From contig JBAZKP010000001.1 in the NCBI GenBank assembly GCA_041650735.1, forward strand, positions 163,076-227,075: a DNA stretch of 64,000 nucleotides. The letters run 5' to 3'. Positions within the stretch are counted from its first letter, which is position 1, and the number at the start of each line of letters is the position of its first letter. The stretch comes from an archaeon. Lineage in GTDB: Archaea > Iainarchaeota > Iainarchaeia > Iainarchaeales > JAAZKV01. The notes below the pieces were generated by a model. That model made no database searches and was not told where the DNA came from. It was given only the letters and a program-made list of their open reading frames with translations. Shown in pieces: positions 55,437 through 62,090 of this stretch. The position numbers and the translations under genes are program-made.

Positions 55437-55642
55437 GCGATCGTTGTCTAGTGGTTATGATTCGTCCTTGCCAGAACCTTGTTAAGGTTCGCGACCTAGC
55501 AAAGCAAAAGCTTTGCAAGGCATAGTAAAATGCAATGCATTTTACCATGAAGAATTTGCCCATTGCTAAAGCAATGGACAGAAAGCGAACGAAACAGGTT
55601 TGCAGCTAGGACGGGGCCCGGGTTCAATTCCCGGCGGTCGCA
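55437..55642 (+). tRNA. tRNA-Gly(GCC) with 134-nt intron at 37/38
   Basis: Hand fold: acceptor GCGAUCG/CGGUCGC, D arm GUCU-AGUGGUUA-UGAU, anticodon stem CGUCC/GGACG, loop UUGCCA[intron]A, T arm CCGGG-UUCAAUU-CCCGG, discriminator A. Intron is 55474-55607. BHB-like: UUGC/GCAG helix, bulges CAG and CUA, outer helix AACCU/AGGUU. Confidence 0.85.
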
Positions 55643-55646
55643 TTAA

Positions 55647-56552
55647 TTATCTCTTTCTTTTCTTCTTTGCTAATTTCCTGGCAGGAGCTTTCTTTTTGTG
55701 TGAAAGCACTTTACGTGCAAGGATTCTCCTAACGCTCTCAGAGGATTCTTTATGAGAATTAAGCTGTAAGAACAAATCCACAAAAGCATAATGATATGCA
55801 ATCAAAGCAGGACCTAAAGCGAAAACAACAGCCACCTTGAAACCTAATGACATGGAAATTGAATCAATAAAGAAATAACTAAGCACTAAAGTTGAGATTG
55901 TCCCAAGCACAATTGTGAGAAAACAAAATAACAAGAAAGACAATGCACCAATAAATATTAAGGAACTAAATACCTGATAAAACCTATTATGGGTTAAAGC
56001 CCAAGAAGCCTTAACAGCCCCCTTCAAACTAATATCTTTATAACAAAAAATGGTTGTAGAAAACAAAATCCTTATCGCGTTGTAAATAACTAAAATAAAA
56101 TAAGCCGCAAGACAAAGCCAAGCTACTGTGAAAAGCAATTCGTTCTGCACTAATAAATAATAGTAATAAACAAAAGCTGAAGCAACAATAAGCAACAACT
56201 GAATAATCCTAAAAGAAGAATGAATATTCCAAACAAAAGCGTAAAATAATTCAACAAACACTAGGAAAAACATGTCAACTAATTTGGAAACAGTAATCTT
56301 ACAAGTACTAACCCTTCTTTCACTCAAACAAAACTGGATCAAAACAATTACCCCTAAAATTACGGTAACATAAAGAATATCATACAGAGCATAAGCAATA
56401 GGAAGAGTCTGTTTTGAATAAACCCCTGCAGAGAAAATCTGGGGCAACAAAAGTAGAAAAGGCAAAGAAACCCAAAAAAAGACTAAATACCAAAGAGCCT
56501 TATCCAAGGAAATCCAGGAATATGCTGAACCAATAAGGTTTCTAAAATTCAC
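55647..56552 (-). CDS. Hypothetical polytopic membrane protein with basic C-terminal tail
   Basis: 301 aa, about 7 TM helices. The tail reads KKKAPARKLAKKKRKR. No family recognised. Confidence 0.5.
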   Translation of the reverse strand: MNFRNLIGSAYSWISLDKALWYLVFFWVSLPFLLLLPQIFSAGVYSKQTLPIAYALYDILYVTVILGVIVLIQFCLSERRVSTCKITVSKLVDMFFLVFVELFYAFVWNIHSSFRIIQLLLIVASAFVYYYYLLVQNELLFTVAWLCLAAYFILVIYNAIRILFSTTIFCYKDISLKGAVKASWALTHNRFYQVFSSLIFIGALSFLLFCFLTIVLGTISTLVLSYFFIDSISMSLGFKVAVVFALGPALIAYHYAFVDLFLQLNSHKESSESVRRILARKVLSHKKKAPARKLAKKKRKR

Positions 56553-56601
56553 CTAAAAAACACCATAACCAATAGGTTTTTCCTATTTAAAAGAATTACC
56601 T

Positions 56602-57240
56602 TCAAAACAAAACTTTGTCAAGCAAAGGTTTTATTTGCCCAAAAACATCAGGAATGGGTTTATTTGCATCAATAATATGAATATTCTCATTAGGCAACAA
56701 TTTCGGCAACTGCAAATAATATTTTCTTAAATTTTTTACAAAATCAAGTTGCCTAAAATTATCTGTTTGCTTTCTTTTCTCAGAAACCTCAGAATTAATT
56801 CTCCTCACAGCTTCTTCAGGATTAACATCAAAAATCAAAGCAAGATTAGGCGCTAAAAAACCCTTGTTAGCATTAAAAACCTCGTTGAAATCACTGCCCT
56901 GGACTGTTTGATAAGCAATACTCCCATACTTGTATCTGTCAGCAAGAACAACAAAATTTTTTTCCAAAGCGGGAGCAATAATATTTTCTATATGCCATGC
57001 TCTGTCATCAATAAAAGCTTGAAAAATTTCCTCAGCCAAATCATTAGGGGCCTTCTGTTTTTTAAAAAGCTCACGAACCTTTAAACCAAAAGGACCATTA
57101 GTTGGCTCATCAGTCACAAGAATATTATCATACTTCTTACTCTTACCATAAATATATTCAAAGCTTTTCCTAATCATGGTTCCTTTGCCAGAACCGGGGC
57201 CGCCATCAAAAGCAATAAAAGTTCCCGCCATAAAACTCAC
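56602..57240 (-). CDS. Thymidylate-kinase-like nucleotide kinase (second paralog)
   Basis: P-loop FDGGPGSGKGT and DRYKYGSIAYQ (DRY-type motif). Divergent lid region. Confidence 0.6.
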   Translation of the reverse strand: MSFMAGTFIAFDGGPGSGKGTMIRKSFEYIYGKSKKYDNILVTDEPTNGPFGLKVRELFKKQKAPNDLAEEIFQAFIDDRAWHIENIIAPALEKNFVVLADRYKYGSIAYQTVQGSDFNEVFNANKGFLAPNLALIFDVNPEEAVRRINSEVSEKRKQTDNFRQLDFVKNLRKYYLQLPKLLPNENIHIIDANKPIPDVFGQIKPLLDKVLF

Positions 57241-57248
57241 TAAAAAAA

Positions 57249-57926
57249 TTATTTTACCAAAACTTTTTTAACTTCACTCCAAATTAATTCATGAATCTCA
57301 TTAATAGGTTTCAAGGCATTAGCTCTTACACAATCAATTTTTTTCCAACCCAAACGCTCAATATTCCTATCATACTCTTTCATAAAAGAACGCTGAAAAT
57401 CTAAATCTAACTCATGCTGGTCACGCTTAGCACCCTTCTTATAACTCTCAGCCCTATTAGCATTATCAAGCAGTTTCTCTGAAACATCAACAGGAACATA
57501 AAGAACAAAAACAGAATCCGGCTGAGGCAATCTTTCACACACCTGCTTAATCCACGCCCAAACAGAATCCCTCTGCTCTTTAGGAGTTAAAGCTGTTTGA
57601 TAACAAAGAGTAGAAGAAAAATATCTTGAAAGAATAACAAAAGAACCTTCATTAAGAATTTTTTCTATCTCCCACTTAGATTCATAAAAATCAGTCATGT
57701 AAAGCATAGCAACAAATTCAGGAGGAATAGAGGCTTTATCTCCATACTCGCCACGCAAATAAGCATCAACAACCTTTCCAAAAGAAACCTCATGCTTTGG
57801 AAAATGCAAATGAACAACTTTTTTTCCCTCTTTTTCCAAGCGCTCGGCTAAAAGTTTTAATTGAGTACTCTTACCAGAAGACTCACCACCCTCTAGAACA
57901 ATTAATTTACCCCTCATAAAAACCAA
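57249..57926 (-). CDS. tmk: Thymidylate kinase
   Basis: P-loop LEGGESSGKSTQ and SRYFSSTLCYQ. Overall Tmk length and layout. Confidence 0.78.
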   Translation of the reverse strand: MVFMRGKLIVLEGGESSGKSTQLKLLAERLEKEGKKVVHLHFPKHEVSFGKVVDAYLRGEYGDKASIPPEFVAMLYMTDFYESKWEIEKILNEGSFVILSRYFSSTLCYQTALTPKEQRDSVWAWIKQVCERLPQPDSVFVLYVPVDVSEKLLDNANRAESYKKGAKRDQHELDLDFQRSFMKEYDRNIERLGWKKIDCVRANALKPINEIHELIWSEVKKVLVK

Positions 57927-58020
57927 AAGAAATTGAAATTAACTCCTTAAAAAAGAATTGCTTGAAAGTAAAGCCAAAACCAATGTTTAAAAAAGAAACT
58001 AAATGGAAATTAAATTATAC

Positions 58021-58095
58021 AGTGGCAAAGCCACTATCGCGCTATTGATAAATAGCGCCACGGTGTGAATCGCACCGTCCCGCCGAAACGGGACA
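58021..58095 (+). other. GC-rich array of four perfect hairpins abutting the 5' end of tRNA-Gly(UCC) (structured leader or unknown small RNA)
   Basis: GUGGC-aaa-GCCAC; GCGCUAUU-gaua-AAUAGCGC; GGUGUG-aau-CGCACC; GUCCCG-ccgaaa-CGGGAC. A single A then precedes tRNA position 1. TATA-like TTTAAAAAA lies ~30 nt upstream of 58021. Confidence 0.4.
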
Positions 58096-58247
58096 GCGTC
58101 TGTGATGTAATGGTAGCATAAAAGCCTTCCATCGGCCTTACTAAGGCCGGCGAAAGTATTTGCCCTTTCTACGAAAGGACAGAAAACTACGATGGTTGAA
58201 AAATCAAATGCTAGCTTTTTGTCGGGGTTCAAATCCCCGCGGGCGCA
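58096..58247 (+). tRNA. tRNA-Gly(UCC) with 81-nt intron (boundaries inferred)
   Basis: Hand fold: acceptor GCGUCUG/CGGGCGC (two G-U pairs), D arm AUGU-AAUGGUA-GCAU, anticodon stem AAAGC/GCUUU, loop CUUCCA[intron]A, T arm CGGGG-UUCAAAU-CCCCG, discriminator A. Intron taken as 58132-58212. The central BHB helix is poor (2 of 4 pairs). Confidence 0.75.
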
Positions 58248-58268
58248 CTTAAAATATTTTTAAAAAAA

Positions 58269-58883
58269 TTAAACTCCCAAATTAAGTTGTAGCTGTGAAC
58301 CATGTTTGAGTTCATAAACAAAACGAGTTGCACTAATTACAGCCATACTAAAAACGGCTTTTCTTTCACTTTCAGTTCGAACCTTAAAAAGACCATATTT
58401 CATTAAACGCTCAATCTCTAACTGCAAAATTTTTTCCGGGGAAACCCTACGATAAAGAACGCTTGGATGAACCTTTAATTTTTCTGCGCGGAACTTTAAC
58501 CTATCATAAGCGCCAGTGGATTGAAACCTAAGCTTGCCAGAATCCTGAAAATAACTCCTCAAATTATACATCACTTTAATCGGATCCTTAACACGCAAAG
58601 ACTCAACATGAAAAGCTTCCCCGACCGACAAAACATAATTAGGAGAGCCAGCACCCGAAAAACCTCTTTTTTGCCGCGCAGCATTCTCCAAGTTAGAAGT
58701 TATTAGGCTTAACGAATCGGAAGAAAAATTTGCAAGAGGGTCAGGCAAACGCTTAATTTCCCGCCTTACAACATTAGCAGAAACTTTTTCATACTCCAAA
58801 CGAGGCTTTTTCTTTTTAGCTTCAGCATCCTGCGCCTGCTTCATAGCCACTTTGGCCCAAAGCTTACTTGTTGCAACACTCAT
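58269..58883 (-). CDS. Hypothetical protein (compositionally atypical)
   Basis: 204 aa. Richer in G+C and in Arg/Ser than its neighbours. No family recognised. Confidence 0.45.
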   Translation of the reverse strand: MSVATSKLWAKVAMKQAQDAEAKKKKPRLEYEKVSANVVRREIKRLPDPLANFSSDSLSLITSNLENAARQKRGFSGAGSPNYVLSVGEAFHVESLRVKDPIKVMYNLRSYFQDSGKLRFQSTGAYDRLKFRAEKLKVHPSVLYRRVSPEKILQLEIERLMKYGLFKVRTESERKAVFSMAVISATRFVYELKHGSQLQLNLGV

Positions 58884-58967
58884 GAAATAATTACTGCAAA
58901 GAAAGTATTTATTACTAACCTAAAACGGATAGTTAAATTATTAACCAATTCCAATTAATGCATCATA

Positions 58968-59294
58968 ATGATAAAAGAAAAAAAGCTTAAAGGAAACCAA
59001 AAAATTGCGCTGGAAAGAATTTACAGGTTATTTGAACTAGCGAAAAAAAACGAGAAATACGCTAAAAGGTACTTAACACTGGCAAAAAGAATAGGGGAAA
59101 AATGCAGGGTAAGCATACCAAAGGAATTAAAGGAAAAATACTGCAAAAAATGCTTTTCAATGAAAATAACCCTAAAAGAACAAAAACCGTTTTTAATAGT
59201 AAAATGCTCTGAATGCGGGCATGAAAAAAAATTTGGGTTAAAGGAAAAAACAAGCCAAAATGAAAAACGCAAAACTGGCAAAAAAACAAGCTAA
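58968..59294 (+). CDS. rnp4: RNase P protein component 4 (Rpp21/Rpr2 family)
   Basis: IALERIYRLFELA...YAKRYLTLAKRIGEKCRVSIPKELKEKYCKKC...VKCSECGH matches archaeal Rpp21, including the Zn ribbon. Confidence 0.82.
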   Translation: MIKEKKLKGNQKIALERIYRLFELAKKNEKYAKRYLTLAKRIGEKCRVSIPKELKEKYCKKCFSMKITLKEQKPFLIVKCSECGHEKKFGLKEKTSQNEKRKTGKKTS

Positions 59295-59395
59295 GACCAA
59301 GCTTTTTAAAGGTTTTCAAAGAGGTTTTCTGTAATAAGTCTACTAGCTCTCGCTCCGGCGATTGAGCACATTGGACTGAAAAGTTAGGTGATTCA

Positions 59396-59980
59396 ATGGG
59401 AATACATGATGTGCCAGCAGAGTACTTAATCGAAGAAACTGCAAAAAAACTCTCAGAAGAAATAGAAAACCCTGTATGGGTAGATTATGTTAAAACGGGG
59501 GTGCACAATGAAAGAGCACCACAAAGACAAGACTGGTTCTATGTAAGAATGGCAAGTATATTATACAGAGCATTCAAATGGGGAACAATAGGAACAGAAT
59601 CACTTAGAACTTATTACGGTGGAAGAAGAAACAAAGGAGTAAAAAAAGAGCACCATTACAAAGCAAGCGGAAAAGTAATCAGAACATGCGTACAAAACCT
59701 TGAAAAAAAAGGTTACTTGGAAAAAGCACAACCAAAAGGAAGAAAAGTAAGCATAAAAGGATTCCAATTACTAAATGAAATGGCTAAAATAGCAGAAAAG
59801 AATCTTACTGAAGGAAAATATGCTAAAAAACAGAAAGAGAGAAAAGCATTTGATGAAAAGAAAAAGAAAGAAGTGCAAGACACATTAAAAATGCAGGACA
59901 GAGGACACGGACACGTACAAAAAGCGGATAACAAAAAACAATCACAGAAATCCATAAAGAAAAAAGAAGGAAGTGAGTAA
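59396..59980 (+). CDS. rps19e: Ribosomal protein S19e with Lys-rich C-terminal extension
   Basis: VHDVPAEYLIEETAKKLSEE...VDYVKTGVHNERAPQRQDWFYVRMASILYR...LRTYYGG. AGGTGAT Shine-Dalgarno-like sequence upstream. A ~50-aa K/E-rich tail extends beyond the usual length. Confidence 0.85.
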   Translation: MGIHDVPAEYLIEETAKKLSEEIENPVWVDYVKTGVHNERAPQRQDWFYVRMASILYRAFKWGTIGTESLRTYYGGRRNKGVKKEHHYKASGKVIRTCVQNLEKKGYLEKAQPKGRKVSIKGFQLLNEMAKIAEKNLTEGKYAKKQKERKAFDEKKKKEVQDTLKMQDRGHGHVQKADNKKQSQKSIKKKEGSE

Positions 59981-59982
59981 TA

Positions 59983-60243
59983 ATGGCCCGACACAAAGAA
60001 AAAGACTTTAAGGACTTCATGATAAGTGAAAGAAAAAAAATAGGGTCAGGACTTACAAATGCTCCTGTATGGCTAATGCAAAAAGCCGGAAAAAGAATAT
60101 GGAATACAAAGCAAAAAAGAACTTGGAAAAACATTGATATGAAAATGAGGTACTTCGAGGCAAAACAAAAACAACAAAATAAAACAAAAAAAAGCGGGGA
60201 CCACAAAAGAAAATCAAAACCAGTTACCGTAAAGGTAGAATGA
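59983..60243 (+). CDS. rpl39e: Ribosomal protein L39e (extended)
   Basis: NAPVWLMQKAGKRIWNTKQKRTWKN resembles the L39e core (RRVPxWVxxKTxxxxxxxxxRxWRR). Its position between S19e and L31e is conserved. Carries N- and C-terminal basic extensions. Confidence 0.55.
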   Translation: MARHKEKDFKDFMISERKKIGSGLTNAPVWLMQKAGKRIWNTKQKRTWKNIDMKMRYFEAKQKQQNKTKKSGDHKRKSKPVTVKVE

Positions 60244-60254
60244 GGTGAAAAAAC

Positions 60255-60614
60255 ATGGCTCAAGATTTTAAGGAAAAAACAATAACAATTAATTTAAGAA
60301 AAGTGTTTAACAAACCACTCACAAAAAGGGCAATAAGCGCAAAATACGCCTTAAAACAAGCGGTTGAAAAAGAAACAAGACTCAAAAAAATACTCATAAG
60401 CAACAAGGTTAATGAAATGCTTTGGGCAAAAGGCAAATTCAATGCACCAAGAAAAATTACAATAAAAGTTATAAAAGAAAAAGATACAGGAAGAGTAATG
60501 CTACCTGAAGAAAAATATGAAACAAAACAAGAAAAGAAAAAAGAGACAAAAACCGAAAAAAAGGAAGAACCAAAAAAAGAAACTACTGAAACAAAAACTG
60601 CAAAAAAAGAATAA
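60255..60614 (+). CDS. rpl31e: Ribosomal protein L31e with Lys/Glu-rich tail
   Basis: KTITINLRKVF...KRAISAKYALKQAV...NEMLWAKGKFNAPRKITIKV matches the L31e pattern. Confidence 0.75.
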   Translation: MAQDFKEKTITINLRKVFNKPLTKRAISAKYALKQAVEKETRLKKILISNKVNEMLWAKGKFNAPRKITIKVIKEKDTGRVMLPEEKYETKQEKKKETKTEKKEEPKKETTETKTAKKE

Positions 60615-60624
60615 AAAAAATCAT

Positions 60625-60672
60625 GAGGGCTGGAAAAGCTAATTAAAGCCCTCTTTTATATTTTTATTAAAA
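60625..60672 (+). terminator. Hairpin plus T-rich tract after rpl31e
   Basis: GAGGGCU...AGCCCUC is a 7-bp stem (60625-60653), followed by TTTTATATTTTTATT. Confidence 0.45.
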
Positions 60673-60683
60673 GGGTTAATCAA

Positions 60684-61337
60684 ATGAATATCGCAAGAAT
60701 AAGAATTCTAGGTTCAAATTACACAGGATTATTTGCAATAACCAACGATTCCATATGCTTTGTGCCACAACAAATAGAAGAAAAAGCACTGCAAAAAATA
60801 GAGGAAACCCTAGAAGTAAAAACAATAAAAGCGAGCATATACGGAAGCGCACTATTAGCGGTATTTGCAAAAATGAATAACAAACAAATATACTTGCCTG
60901 ATTTTGTGCACGGAAAAGAGCTTGAAGCAATTGAAAAAGAAATCAAAGTAAAACTAATTACAACAGAAAACGCATTAGGAAACATGATAGAACTCAATGA
61001 CACAGGGGCTATTGTTTCAAAAACACTGCAAAAAAAAGCAATAGAAGAACTAAAAGAAAGCGGACTCAAAGTACTTCAAATGAATATTGCAGGAATAGAT
61101 GTGGTAGGGTCATGCATTGTTGCAACAAACAAGGGATTTGTAGTTAATCCAAATATTACAAAAGAAGAAGCCGAAAAAATACAAGAAACATTAGGAGTAA
61201 AAGGGGGCTCATCAACAGCAAACACAGGGGATATTTTCATAAGAAACTCTGTATTAGCAAACAAAAAAGGAATAATCATGGGCGAAAGCACCACTCCATA
61301 TGAAATAAACAGAATAGAAGAAGCACTAGAAGGATAA
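60684..61337 (+). CDS. eif6: Translation initiation factor 6 (aIF6)
   Basis: MNIARIRILGSNYTGLFAITNDSICFVP and the pentein repeat pattern. 217 aa. Confidence 0.85.
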   Translation: MNIARIRILGSNYTGLFAITNDSICFVPQQIEEKALQKIEETLEVKTIKASIYGSALLAVFAKMNNKQIYLPDFVHGKELEAIEKEIKVKLITTENALGNMIELNDTGAIVSKTLQKKAIEELKESGLKVLQMNIAGIDVVGSCIVATNKGFVVNPNITKEEAEKIQETLGVKGGSSTANTGDIFIRNSVLANKKGIIMGESTTPYEINRIEEALEG

Positions 61338-61408
61338 GCTAAATATGCCAAAAAAATCAATTGGATAGGTATTTATTTATTATTAAGGAAACATCAGTAG
61401 GTGAAAAA

Positions 61409-61588
61409 ATGAAAACGTATGAAGCAAAAGGAACATTCACAAAAAAAGGGGAAAATCAAAAATTTACAACAACCCTAACAGCAGAAAACGAAAAAATGGC
61501 TAACGAAAAAATCTTTGCCCAAATGGGAAGCAAACAAAACATAAAAAGGCCCTACATAAAAATAGATTCAATAAAGGAGACGAAGTAA
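61409..61588 (+). CDS. rplX: Ribosomal protein LX (L18Ae/L20A family)
   Basis: MKTYEAKGTFTKKGENQKFTTTLTAENEKMANEKIFAQMGSKQNIKRPYIKIDSIKE parallels LX. GGTGA lies upstream of the ATG at 61409. The ORF track starts at the TTG at 61361. Confidence 0.65.
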   Translation: MKTYEAKGTFTKKGENQKFTTTLTAENEKMANEKIFAQMGSKQNIKRPYIKIDSIKETK

Positions 61589-62058
61589 TGGATGAAAAAG
61601 AAACAAAACGAGAAGTTACTGAAGCACAACTAACACAAATGGCACGGCAAGAAGAAAACTCATTAATGACCAAACAAGCAGTCCTTGAAAAAATAAGCTC
61701 CATGCTAAAGGATACGCTTAATGCAAAAGACATCTTAAAAGAAGTTCAAAAAACAAACGGAAAAGTACTCATAAACATAGGTGCAACAATACTAATAGAA
61801 GCAGAAGCAAAAGACATTAAAAAATGCAAACGAGGATTTGCAGAAAACGCATACAAAGAAGAAAACCTTGAAGAAACACTCAAATGGCTGGAAAAGAAAG
61901 AAGACCAACTGCAAAAACAACTAACAAAACTAGGACAAGAGTATTCTGAAGCACAACAAAGACTTACAAGCATTATAGGAATATTGAAACAAATAGATTC
62001 CGAGAAACGAAAACTAATAGAACAAAGAAAAAGACAGCCAATAACAATATCTAAATAA
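61588..62058 (+). CDS. pfdA: Prefoldin alpha subunit
   Basis: Coiled coil, then a beta-hairpin block (GKVLINIGATILIEAEAKD...), then coiled coil. Sits in the conserved eif6-rplX-pfdA-ftsY order. Confidence 0.65.
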   Translation: MDEKETKREVTEAQLTQMARQEENSLMTKQAVLEKISSMLKDTLNAKDILKEVQKTNGKVLINIGATILIEAEAKDIKKCKRGFAENAYKEENLEETLKWLEKKEDQLQKQLTKLGQEYSEAQQRLTSIIGILKQIDSEKRKLIEQRKRQPITISK

Positions 62059-62090
62059 AACTAAATTACTTTTTTATTCAAAAAAAAGAG

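Noticed and set aside
55474-55607. C/D-box sRNA embedded in the 134-nt tRNA-Gly(GCC) intron (as in haloarchaeal tRNA-Trp)
   Set aside because: Only a degenerate C-box-like AUGAAGA is present, and no CUGA D box, so the sequence does not support it.
58133-58149. Anticodon-arm-like hairpin CGGCC-UUACUAA-GGCCG (would read ACU) inside the tRNA-Gly(UCC) region
   Set aside because: It lies inside the inferred intron. Using it as the anticodon arm leaves no compatible D or variable geometry and gives an A34 anticodon. The CUUCCA..A loop matches tRNA-Gly consensus much better.
57999-58232. 77-aa ORF on the minus strand
   Set aside because: It lies entirely over the GC-rich hairpin element and the intron-containing tRNA-Gly(UCC). 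The open frame is a by-product of RNA-gene composition.
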